NCBI GenBank assembly: GCA_050575255.1
Contig: JBNZDD010013687.1
Coordinates: 1,805,487 to 1,869,486, forward strand
DNA: 64,000 nucleotides
Source: Harriotta raleighana
Lineage: Eukaryota
Direction: 5' to 3'
The translations under genes and the position numbers were made by a program. Position 1 is the first letter of the stretch, and each line of letters begins with the position of its first letter. A model generated the notes under the pieces. That model was not told where the DNA came from. It searched no databases and saw nothing but the letters and a program-made list of their open reading frames with translations. This document shows, piece after piece, positions 47,645 through 59,585 of the stretch.

Positions 47645-47710
47645 TGTCAAGCGCTCTGGGACACTGCCCTGCGTGAGGGGCGCTAAATAATTGAAGAAAT
47701 TGTTGTTGTG
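47645..47710 (+). mobile_element. Older L2/SINE 3' tail ending in (GTT)n
   Basis: gtcaagcgctctgggacac...gtgaggggcgctaaataattgaagaaattgttgttgt. Confidence 0.65.
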
Positions 47711-48573
47711 TGTTTACCTCTGTGAAAAGGAGTAAAAGTACACCAGACAAAATAACGCACACAGGGAATGAAATAGTCAGTTTGTCTTGCTGACTGGTGT
47801 GGAAGTGTACTGGTTCCATTTAGCTGAGGCTGGTGTACCTCATTACCCCACAAGTGGCATGCAATAAGCCTTTTTACATTGCGAACTGTGGGTCAGGTTA
47901 CACCTCCTTACATCCCCATGGAGGAGGCATGTGTGCTGCCTGCAGTGCTCGAGGTTTTGTGACCCAGTTATGTCTCCGTTTTAAAATTACTACAACCCGT
48001 TAATGAGCTATTAATGGCCCACCAGGATTCATTCAGTTATTCTCAATTTTCTCTCGCTCTCTCACACTACATTTGTGCTGCAGAACTGTTTGAAGAATGT
48101 TACATTGCTGTGTAAATTCCATAGCACTAGAACGTTCAACAGAACATGTGCCATTGTAAGATTACACAATGGACGTCCTCCCTTCTTGGAAGGCGCTCTG
48201 CTCTATAAATGTAATTTTCTTGTTGTTGTGGTTATGTTTTGGGGCCGGGCAACAAGACAAGATGGTACAGATTAAAATGTGATGGGCAATTTTTGGACAA
48301 ACTCTAGGAAGCATTATTTTTCACACATATGCTAGGATGTGTCGGTAGGGTAGAAGGGTGGGTAGAAGTGGAGGAAATGCTGTTATGGGAAGAAGGTAGG
48401 GTGAAAGGATGAAATTAAATTGGCTGAAGTGATTTCAATCACCTATGCCTCAAAAAATATATACAGTATCGTAGATTGCCAGCTTTGCTTCTCAGCCTTC
48501 ATTCGTGAGTGTAAAAGTGATCAAAGTGCCTGCAAAACATAAAATAAAATAACAACTTGCATTTATATATAAT

Positions 48574-48747
48574 ATAATCCTTGCATTGATTATAGTGCCT
48601 TATCACATCCTTGAGATGTCTCAAAGCACTTCATAGAATATACTGTAAAGTGAATTGACTATATATTTTGTGGGCAAAACATGGCAGCCAATTGCACACA
48701 GCAGTGTCCCACAAACAGTCGAGGATTGAAATTACCAATTTATTTTG
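48574..48747 (-). mobile_element. 5'-truncated copy of the young SINE
   Basis: Reverse complement of the 3' half of 8576-8905 (ataatccttgcatt...gcagccaattgcacacagcagtgtcccacaaacagtc). Confidence 0.88.
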
Positions 48748-49483
48748 AAGGCATACAAATAAATGAAAAAAATAAACCTTGAATGGTTGAAATGGCTTTT
48801 ACACTTTAAAAGGATGTGACAAATGTGTGACTCCACCCAGATGTTTTGAAATTATTCTCACGTTTCAAATAAGAAACATTCCTTCTTAAAGACTAATTTA
48901 TTTGCTCAAGCCCTTAACCCTTTCCAAAGCTTCCCTGTAGATATTCTCACCCTGGTATCATACAAGAAAGACAACTGAATAACCTTTGTACTGCTAAGTA
49001 CTCTACCTGCTCAGGCAGCAGTGAATCTTGCAGATACCATATAAAAAGAAATAACATCATTGATCACTGACAAGGCAGTGATGTGCTGTGCTCAATTCAG
49101 ATACAGTATTATTATTGTTACTGCATATGCACATTTTTTCATAACTTTGTTGTACCGGGAAGCCCTTTTGTGCTCGTTCCCAATTTACTGTTGAAATGCC
49201 TGATATTAAATGGTCTTGTGCAATAAACAGGGTTATAAATACAAATAGAAGAGATGGAAATGAGCTGAAAAGGAAATTTAAAAGGAAGCCGAAGAAAAGC
49301 AAAAGAGAAGGGTATTGAGAGGAGGTAAAATAAATTGAAAGAGAGAGAGATTGTTGTGCTAAAGTGTTCATTGAGCAATAATTCATATCTACATCTAGAC
49401 AGTTCATATCAAAACTAGCCATGGAATGCCAAAGGCTCTGTTTAAATCCAGGTTGGTTGTGGCTACTTTAACCCTTACCATTT

Positions 49484-49760
49484 GTGGAGTCCTGTATCAG
49501 TGTTTAGAGCACTTGCCTTGCATGTGAGAGACCTGAGTTCGTTTCCCAGCAGGGCGAAACCGTGGGCAAGTTTCTTTACTCCAAACGCCTGATAATAATC
49601 CCTCAAAAAAAATTAAAAAATTGGTAATTTCAAACCACAATTGGCTGCCGCGTTTCGCCAACATATATACAGTCAATTTGCTTTACAGTATATTCTGTGA
49701 AGTGCTTTGAGACATTTAGAAGATGTGAAAATCTCTAAATGCAAGAATTATTTTTATTGT
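49484..49760 (+). mobile_element. tRNA-derived SINE, related subfamily
   Basis: gtggagtcctgt head with TTGCA loop, gggcaagtttctttactcc, caattggctgccgcgtttcgcc and tail ctgtgaagtgctttgagac...aatgcaagaattatt. Confidence 0.88.
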
Positions 49761-52259
49761 CATTATTATTAGTATTACTAACACCACAATTGGGACAAGA
49801 TGGATTGGTCTCACCTGGACTGACCTGGACTATTTGATCCATGGAAAAATTATTTATCCTTTTCTGATTTCACAAATTAAAATGATCTGCAGCATTTGTC
49901 TGGCATGACCTCCGTTGCCATTTATTGGAAGAATAATAATGACCTGTAAATGAGATATTAACAAGAACAAAACAGCAAATTGCACTAGTGTAGCGGGAGG
50001 CAAAATTCTGCACAAGCTGGACATCTGAAATAAATACAGACGTTGCTGGGAACACTGCTGCGTGACCACTGGGAGCAGGTCACACAGCAACTATGGAGAG
50101 AGGAAAGTGAGTTAATGTTTTAGATCAATGAGTTTTTGTCAGAAATAATATTTGCAGTTGAGGATGTCCCAAAATGCTGGATATTAAAGATAAGCCAGGA
50201 TTTAGTTTTTTGGTGGTGGGGGGGCGCAGATTCAACAATTTAGGACTTGCAACCCACCATTTGTAAACTTCTCTGTAAATTATGCTATCTGATGTTAAAA
50301 ACTAATTGCTAATCAGCTAATGCAACAAATCAGATTTGTGAATACTGTATTGCATTTTAAACCCCATTGTCTGAGAGCTGAAAATGGTTACAACACGGCT
50401 GGCCCAGGGAATTCCCTTTGGTTGCGAACAGTCAAGCAGCATTCAATTCCAAAATTATGTCTTTATCTGGATCTTTTCATAAAACGTGTTAGTTTTTCCA
50501 GGATTAGTTCTGAAATTCTTCCAAATGTACAAGGTTACAAAAACCCGGTTATAGTGTGCAAACTCTCACCATGCCACTCCGTTCAAAGTGAGTCTATTTT
50601 GAGATAAAGCAGTCCTATGGGATGGGTAGGGGGAAACACAAAATATTCTGGTGTTTGGGAATCATAACTATGATGCAAGAAACTCGATTCACTTCAGGAT
50701 AAATAAAATAAATGGGTCAGTCATAAAATCTTAGTCATACACTGCAGATTGATGCTATTAAATGACAGGTTGCTGTTTTTTTCTGAAAACTGACAAACAA
50801 TTGAACTATTTAGTGATTTGTTTTGAGCTTTGCAGTTAAACTCGTAAATATTTTTTCCCTTGTGGTGTTAAACCTTCCAAAAGTGTCATGAAAAGTTGAT
50901 TTGAAAAATCCAACTTTTTGAAATGTAATGAGGTTTAGCCCACACATCTGCATAAAACCAAGATTTCAGTTTGAGGAAAATGTCAGCAGTCTAAATATTG
51001 AATTGTATCTGTGATCATTCTTGTCATCGTTATCACTCATTCCAGTCACTAATGATGATCATTTTGGCTGTGACCTTATTCTGAAAACTGTTCTTTAATT
51101 TCTAGGTCCTACTCTGGCAATATTCCTCTCGTAGTTCAATGATTTGATCATTGATAGTGCATAACAATGAGGCTATTTAGAGTCTACTCAGTAGGGAAAT
51201 GGTGAATATGATTTTTTTCCCAAGAGAGAAGAAGGCCTCATAACTCACGAGTGACAGAGGCGTGAGTGAATTATGAAGGTATTTGTTGCAAGTGGGATTC
51301 ATTTTATGTTCACGATTCCCTATTGATTATTTTGTTTATCCTACAAGTTTGTTTTGAATGTTACTTTAACTTTCTTTTGCATTCCATTATTAGAGAAAAT
51401 AAACTAAATGGGTCAATCAAAAATGATGCCCCCATTTCTTTACGTATCGGTGGGTGGGTGGGGGGAGTGGGGGGGAGAGGGAGTAGGTGAGTTGTTTGTT
51501 TATCCAGATGTGGAATGTCAGCCAAAAGCCACAACAACAACAATTTACATTTAGATTGCATCTTTCATGTTGGGAAGAGGTTCTCAAAATGCTTCACAAG
51601 CTGTGGGAGAGCCCGACTGTGATTCTTCTTGCTCTCCGTCACATCCGATAGAGCAAGAGGGGAATCTGCTGCAGCGAAAGCAATTTTATGAGAGAAGCCT
51701 TGGTGTCAGCTATTAGACAATTGATTCTTTGAATCTGTAAAACGTTGTGCAAATAGTGTACATTTAAAGTAAAGTAGGCTAGGGAATAGCTGATGTCCAA
51801 CGCATGAGATTCAAACGTAGAAGGCAATGGATTTGGACAACAAAATCTTTTTGAATACATCTGAATTGGCAATAACAAGATTTCAAATAGCCAACGTCAA
51901 CTTGATGGAAAGCAATCCAATCTCCGCAAGGCAGCTTGAAAAGCTGCATTGCAAAAGTGCACATAGTATTTTAACATGGGTTATGTTTTAATAAGCTCAG
52001 ATACAACAGAATGCTCAATGATCTTTAATTAGTTTTCAACTACTTTAAATGCAAAGTGTCAGACAGTGGTATAAATGTTTTGTGTTGTCACAAATGTATC
52101 AAATCTTTCAACCAGGTTTTCTTCTGAAATATAATTTGTGTAATCAGTATTAATTCGTAAAATACTGGATTCCTGATTTCTACTTAATGAATTAAATAAA
52201 TGGTATCATGGTTCTCCAAGTTCATTCATTCTAATCTGTGGTATATGTTTGGTGCCTGG

Positions 52260-52480
52260 CGATGCCACTCCTTTGTATTATCATAACTCTGATGGGAAAA
52301 GACATTCTTCTAATTTCTAGTCCACTCAAATCTTTTTCATTTTAAACCCAGGATCTCTATTTCTGTCCTCACTGCTTAAATCAAATAGCCTGCTAAGATC
52401 TGTCTCATGTATATCGTTCACTATTTTAAAGAACTGAAACAGGCCTCCCTACAATCTTGTTTCTTTCCAATGAAAACACT
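52260..52480 (-). mobile_element. CR1 ORF2 C-terminal fragment
   Basis: Minus strand gives FSLER, then after a frameshift GGLFQFFKIVNDIHETDLSRLFDLSSEDRNRDPGFKMK, similar to CR1 LFSLE.RRLRGDLIEVFKI..G.D..D...LF......TRGH..KL. Confidence 0.65.
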
Positions 52481-53260
52481 TTTGATGCTGCTATCTGTTA
52501 TCCGAAGACCAGTGCTGGCATGGATCCATTTCTACATCTGAATGTACCTTTCCATCAAACAACAGCCCTTTTCATGGTTTGGTATTCAAATAGGATGTCA
52601 GCTTTGTTTGCAAATTTAGATGAATCCAATGTCTGTCTTCCTGCTGGTACATGGAAATGTAAGCAGCTTGCAGGCAGCCCTTGACACACAAAGATCCGTG
52701 ACTGCCACTTACCCAAATGTTGCTGCCCTCCCACAACCAGCTTGTGTGTGTCTCTCCCCCCCCATCTCCCTCACCCCCCATGCTGTGCTTTTATATGATG
52801 TACCTGCTCAGCTGCTTCCATCCCGGTGGGTGAAATTTAAACTAACAATAAAGTGGAAAATAAATCAATAGGAAAGTCTCCAGTAGCCATGTGTCAGGAG
52901 TGCATAGGATTTGGTAATGGTGTGAGTTGAATCGACACCACTTATTTACACCGCGTGCTGTTAAATTGGCCCTGGGCTCAGACCTTTGGTGTTTGAAAGT
53001 TCAGCCGGTTTATACGTCATTTAGTCATCAAAATAGGCATCAGATGCATTCAAAATTCCAAGTCAATCTGACATCCTTTTTCGGCTGTGCCTGATGTGTA
53101 AGTAAGTTTTAATGAGGACACATTTATGAATAAGAAAATTCATAGGTTTGTGGATCTTGAGAGGATAACACAGACTTATTTACAAAGCAGGCACTAGCAT
53201 TTGGATTGTTTCAAACTTCATGTATGGACCTCATTGAAATTGTTTGGATAGTTTAATAAA

Positions 53261-53350
53261 AATAATAATAATCCTTTCATTTGATAGAGCACTTTATCAC
53301 GTCTTCGAGATGTCTCAAAGCTCTTCACAAAATGTCCTGTAAAGTTGATT
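53261..53350 (-). mobile_element. SINE 3' tail fragment
   Basis: aataataataatcctttcatttgatagagcactttatcacgtc...caaagctcttcaca is the reverse complement of the tail. Confidence 0.8.
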
Positions 53351-53814
53351 AAAATAAGCTATCAGAGGTCAGAGGTGAGCTCCATTACACACACAGGAAC
53401 CGACTGCTGTAACATGAATTAGGCTCTCTGGACCATCCCAGCAATGAGGAGATCAGACATGTATCCCCCCAGATCATTCCAGAGATCAGCCATATCAAAT
53501 ATATGCCCCTGGTCTACAGCACAGATTGGATGCATCAAACCTAGCCCACCATGAAGATTCTTCGCATAGCCCTTCAACACCATGGAAACTAGATGCATAT
53601 GTACTTCTAAATTGCCAGGGAGATCAAATGTACACATTTGGGGGAAAAACATTCAATTGTCATTCTTCATCACAGAAAGCCACAAGTGAATCAGTGAGGC
53701 TTGTTACAGATTAGATCTTGTATGTATAAGAAGCTTGTTTGTTTGATAAGGAATCGTTTGGTGCACAAAACAATGCAACTCAGTGTCTTTGGCCAACTTA
53801 AATAAATAATCAAG

Positions 53815-53926
53815 ACAATTGACCCACAAAATACATAGTAAATCCACTTTACAATATATTCTGTGAAGCACTTTGACAAGTCTCAATGTTGTGATAAGGT
53901 ACTATATAAAATGGAAGGATTATCAT
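53815..53926 (+). mobile_element. SINE 3' tail fragment
   Basis: cccacaaaatacatag...cactttacaatatattctgtgaagcactttg...aaggattatc. Confidence 0.8.
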
Positions 53927-54897
53927 TTTGTAGTTCATTTTTGTTTGAAATTTATTGTGAACAAAATGTGAACATATTACTGAGGGCACTTTATTAATAA
54001 AGGCAAAATTGTCTGATTTATTTCCATATGCTGAGTTATCATCATATATGAAGTCATCCACAATTTCATTTATTGACTTTTTTTGCTCTCATTTTTTTCA
54101 AAGTTTTTTTCTCAATCGGAGTATTAACTTGCCAATCTGTATCTTTAAGGCTGCACTTTTGGATAATTTGTATCATAAAGAACAGATGATGGCCATGGAA
54201 TTTTTGTTTACATAATTTTTAAGTGGTCACAGATCATGCATGTTCTGTGCCATCATTTTGAAGCACTATATAATCCCAAATATGGAATTTTAATGTGTGC
54301 CAAATCTCTTTGTAAGCAAAACTGTCAAAAGTCCAAGTTCCATTCTTTTGCTTTTACTTGTAGTCTGGTCCATTTAATAGTGGAGTTAATTTGGAAATTC
54401 CATACAAAATGTCAAGGAAAACTAGAATTAATAAAAATGTAATGAGTAATGTCCATTTATACAAGATTCCAATGAACTGGAATTACATCTAATTTTCAAA
54501 AATGCCCAGAATAAATTTTGGCCATATTACCAAGTCTATCAACCTGCTAATCAAATGTTTATTTGCAAAATACCCAGTCACTGTATTTTAAGAAGTCCTT
54601 CTGACATGATGATGCTACATCAAATGGAAGAATTATTATTATTACCTGACAACAATATAGTTTTGTTTTAGTAAACATTCTAATTTTAAGTTTTTTAAAT
54701 TGTGGTTGTATTGCCTAATCTTCCTATAAGTAACATCACATACATCTTTTCTAATTTAAATAATTTGTGTGAAGACAACAAATTCACTTTCATCCTAATT
54801 CATTAATTATAAAATACTCTACTATTAAATGCTAGCTGTATTTTCTTTTTGAGAGCAAATTGAAGAAGTTTTGTTGCCTACTTCACATTAGGTATTT

Positions 54898-55210
54898 GTA
54901 GAACTGCTGTAGCTCAGCACTCGCCTTACAAGCATGAGACCGGTGTTCGAATCCAGGCAAATCAGGGCAAAACCTTGGGCAAGTTTCCTTACTCTATACG
55001 CCTAATAATAATCCATCCAAAAAACCCACAATAATAAAATTGGTCATTTCAATTCATGACTATTTGTGGGACACTGCTGTGCGCAATTGGCTGCCGCATT
55101 TCGCCCACAAATATAGTCAATTCACTTTACAGTATATTCTGTGAGGTGTTTTGAGATGTCGATAAGATGTGAAAAGCACTATATCAAATGCAAGGATTAT
55201 TATTATTATT
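54898..55210 (+). mobile_element. Near full-length tRNA-derived SINE, same subfamily as 8576-8905
   Basis: B box GTTCGAATCC, shared ccttgggcaagtttccttactc and aaattggtcatttcaa segments, and the same tail architecture ending (ATT)n. Small deletion in the A box. Confidence 0.93.
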
Positions 55211-55219
55211 CTGGATGCA

Positions 55220-55522
55220 GCCAATATTTTAAATGGAATTGAAAGGGTAAATCTAGAACAAACATTTCTGATGTACCAAATCAATAGAACAAGAGATACA
55301 GGTATAGAATTGCAAAAGGTAATTTCACGATGGAAACCAGGAAATATTTTTGAGGATAATTAACGACCAAAACAGGTTGCCAGGAAAGATGGTTGAGGTC
55401 AGGACTCATTTAAAAATAACAGCTTGATACTGTGATGGGAAGATGATAGGGCAAGTACTGTATTCTGCAAGGATGAGATCAAATGGACCGAAATGCTTTC
55501 TTTATCCAAAACAATCTTGTGA
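55220..55522 (+). mobile_element. CR1 LINE 3' end
   Basis: Translates ILNGIERVNLEQTF...NRTRDT (CR1 ORF2-like). Its 3' end ctttctttatccaaaacaatcttgtga is shared with 46480-46513. Confidence 0.75.
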
Positions 55523-57302
55523 AAAGCGCTTGCAGCTACTCTCCACCCTGTAAACCACAGAAGTCGACCACAAAGAGCGTGAATCTGATTAGGAGCAAGA
55601 TCTATGCCACCAGATAAGTGGAAAGTCTGGAAATAATCCCTCAAAACTAGCAAGTTCTACAAACTAGTGGATAGGATGTACCACAGTCATCAAAGACTTC
55701 ACAGAACCTACTCATCCCACATACAATTTGTGTACCCCTTGTTACGGTAATGTTACCCCCACCACCACCCACATTAAACATGTTTGAAAGATTTACAAGC
55801 CAAAGGCCAGTCAGAACAAATGTTGTTCAGCCTCCCGATAAGATTGGCAAAGTCATGAAGGGACTGCATTCCCTTTTGAATGGTTGGCAGAGCAAGACTC
55901 TTCCCTCCCTCCTTTCTCCAAACTCCCACCTCTCCAAACCTCGCCTCTGTAAATACCAACCATTCCCTTTTCTAGGAACTGGAGAGATTGACATGAGTAG
56001 GAAGCAGGGTGTATACCTACTCCAAGCAGCAGCATAATGCATCCTTCACCTGCACAAAATGCAGTTTAACCTGCAGATTAGCTTGCTAAACTTTTCCCCA
56101 AGCGTGGCTGCATCCAATATACTGTACCCTGGCATTGAGATATGGAATACTACAGTAGTACTACAATGTACAACAGTGCCTTCATATACCATTAGATGCA
56201 TAGATTCAATGCCCACTTCTGGAAAAAAACAATATATGCAATAAGGACTCCAGTATTGAAGTCATTGTAAGATTCTGAAATGTAAATTTATAAAAGAAGG
56301 CAAAATGGTATGTCCTTGATGTTGTATTCGAAAATAAACCAACAAACTGAGCTGCTTTGCCTTGTAAAACTTGAGGCATATTATAGTCACAGTGGATTGA
56401 TCAGACAGGCGTCAGTCTCTAAATGGGCTCAGTTTTAAGTTTCCACAACTTTGTCCAGACGATGATGCATCATGTCACAATAACAAACTGCTTCCTTTCT
56501 GTTTTGGGGACGTGATGTGTAATTAGTCTGACCTGGGTTCAATGCATTCTGAAGCTGGTTCAGATAAAGCTGTACACACAGACCTCTGTTAGAAGAAACA
56601 GGTGTTGGCTTTGATTAGGGAGAAATTACATCATCTGAACAAAACCACAGCCAGACACAAAAACATTTGCAGATATGAAGCTGTTCTAATGAGAGCCAAA
56701 TTGATTTGGCATCCAGTGGAGTATTTTTGCCAAGAAAAGCAAAGAGGCCTGTGCCAGTCCAGATTCTGTTTACTGAGTGTCATACTTCATCATTACTAAG
56801 ACCAATAATAGCAATGGGAAGACCTTTGAAGCAGGGAGTACGGGGAAAGGCTGTGTGGCTACCTCTGATGTCAGATCCAATGTTCTGATTGCAAAGTATT
56901 TCCTGGATAAAGATCATGTTTGTCAGATGAAATGGAATTTAATCAGTACAATGTAGATCATAGGGCAGCCACACTAATTACACCATCTACCAAATCACTG
57001 ATAAAACCTCTGATACACATATAAGACACAATGGCATTGTTTCATATTACAAGGGCTAATTGTGAAGCAGTGTGCTCTGTAAAATCATTAGTCCTGATCA
57101 CATGGTAGAATGCCATCAGAACAGGATCACTCCGCACTTCTTCAGGCACAACGAGATGAAGATATTGTTAACTCATTCAGAAGAAAAATTAAAATGCATC
57201 TTATATACTGTCCCTCTCCAAATCTGCCATTTCATCAGTCCTGAAATGCAATAGTTTTTAAATCTGTATGGTGTGGTTTTAACATGATAAACCACAACTT
57301 TA

Positions 57303-57405
57303 TAATAATAATCCTTGCATTTGATTTAGCGCCTTATGACGTCTCTAGGATCTCTCAAAGCACTTCACACATACATACTGCAAAGTGAATAGACTGCATA
57401 TTTTA
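57303..57405 (-). mobile_element. SINE 3' tail fragment
   Basis: taataataatccttgcatttgatttagcgcc...caaagcacttcaca...aaagtgaatagactg. Confidence 0.8.
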
Positions 57406-58345
57406 TGTTTGTTCCACATTTTATACTAGTGTAAGGAATCAAAGTACAATGAGAGATTGATGTGGTGCAAAGCCTTTTCCTTACTATAAAGTGGCCAACA
57501 AAATATTTTTAAAAATATTGTACATTTAAGTTGTAGAGCTATTTTGTGAGGGATTATTATTTTATTTTATTATTCATTAAACTGTTAAATTATTCAAACA
57601 TTATTATATTAATATATTATTTGGAGATAGTGGAGTCTCACAAAAGGTGTTTCCTAATGGCATCCCTATTAAAATAAAATCCCATTGGGACTCCCATTGA
57701 CTGGAGAAAGCTCAGCTTCCGGAATAGATTGTGTCAGAGCAGAATTCCTGTGTGTCGGTGGCATGTTCTTCAGCTTACCAGGAAAAGTATCCATTTGTGA
57801 AACGAGGATTCCTTATTAAAAAAATCATGTTACAAAATAATGCAAATTAGACCCCGCAAGAGAGAAAAAAAATGAAGTAAGGTTAGTCAGCCCTTCAAAC
57901 TTGCTAAGTATGCTTGTTTTAGTGTTTCTGCTCATCGGAGTTTAGGGCTGAACTGTATAGGATGGATGGATGAGTTTATTCTGAGAAATTCAATATCACA
58001 TAGAAAAGTCAAGACGCTTGTTTAAAATTTAAAAAAATTAAAAATCAGTCTGCTATCATTAATTATATTGTATGATGTAGATAAATAGAAAGAAAATACA
58101 GAATTTAGATGGGATTTGATGGTTTAACACAAATTAGGGATTCTATTAATATCTGTGCCACCCAAACTATCTTCTGAAATATAATAACCCCAAGTTGATT
58201 TATTAGCTTTACATAATGTTGATTGTTTGAACTGTAATTTGATTCATAAACAGTTGCAGAGTCCTTGTGAATAGGCTTGAGTAATATGTTACAATGAAAG
58301 CAATTTGAATGGTGCAGAGATCATATGATTGGTGTAAGGCGACTT

Positions 58346-58683
58346 GTGGAGTCCTGTGGCTCAGCGGTAAGAGTGCTTGCGTTGCAAGCGAGAGACCTAG
58401 TTTCTATTCTCGGCTGGGCGAAATGCTGGCCAAGTTCCCTTACTCCACAGGCCTTAGTTTACCTACCAGTAAGTAGGAACCTGGTCATTAGTTGATTGGT
58501 GGATCGCTTTTCCGGGATAATAATTTCTCACGGAGAAAAAATGTGGTCACTCAATCCATGACTGTGGAGCTAACGCATTTCTCCCACAATTATACAGTTA
58601 ACTCACTTTACAGTATATCTGTGAAGTGCTTTGAAATGTCGAAAAGACGTGAAAAGCCCGATGTCAAATGCAAGGATTATTAT
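58346..58683 (+). mobile_element. tRNA-derived SINE, variant with longer CORE-like middle
   Basis: A box TGGCTCAGCGG, an extra middle segment gccttagtttacctaccagtaagtagg...gggataataat, and the same tail tgtgaagtgctttgaaatg...aaatgcaaggattattat. Confidence 0.88.
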
Positions 58684-59019
58684 CAAAGTAATTTAGAGAG
58701 CAGCAAACCAGCCTTATCATTATTTCATGGATAGTGTTCCTAAATCAGTATAGATTCCTAAACCACTGGGACAGAGATGCTTACTGCTTTGTGACAGGGT
58801 AACTATATCTAAAACTTCTGGCCTTATTATTCACTGGTAATTTGCAGCACACCTAGTTACATTCCGTACAATTGTCTTGAAGAGTCTTTGTGAGGTACTT
58901 ACACTAGAATGACACAAGCCACATTTTTACAGTTCAGGAACGAAATGAAATCATCAATTTGTGAGGTCAACCAGCCACTAATTGTACTGCATAAACACAA
59001 AGTTACTACAACATAGATT

Positions 59020-59100
59020 AAATCCCTTGCAGTGCTTTGAGATGTTTCAATGATGTGGTAAGGGACTATATTAAATGCACAGATTATTATTAGGATTATT
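59020..59100 (+). mobile_element. SINE 3' tail fragment
   Basis: gtgctttgagatgtttc...actatattaaatgcacagattattatt. Confidence 0.7.
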
Positions 59101-59349
59101 ACTATATTAAACATTTAAACTTTATTATCATAAAGAGTAAAATATTACAACTGTGGGGTAAAAAAAATGATACTGTAGTACTGTAACAGCATTGAACAAA
59201 GTTGCTAAAATGCTGGTAATTAAATGATTCTGCAAAACAAGCTGTGTTAATATGCTAAGCATAGTGTCAAAAATCCATCCTGTTTCAGGTCATGCCCTGA
59301 AGGTCTAAAAGAAGGTAACCAGAAACTTTTAATATTTTTTCTTTTCAAA

Positions 59350-59585
59350 GCTTGCGAAATACATGACAGATTATCCAGATGGATAGAAAAATAGTTTTGC
59401 AATAGGAGACAGAGGATGCTGATTCATGGCAAGTATTTTAGCTGGGAAGCAGTCACCAATGGAGATTTGCTATTCTATTCTGGATGTCTTTGTTTTCGGA
59501 TTCTTTGTAAATGATATGGAGCAACCTATAGATGTAATAGATATTTTGTAATAGATGTATTACAAAATTTGTTGATAACACGATT
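59350..59585 (+). mobile_element. CR1 reverse-transcriptase domain fragment (pseudogenised)
   Basis: IHDRLSRWIEK*FCNRRQRMLIHGKYFSWEAVTNG ... FFVNDME ... KFVDNT parallels CR1 RT WI.NWL..R.QRV..NG..S.W..VTSG ... INDL ... KFADDT. Confidence 0.8.
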
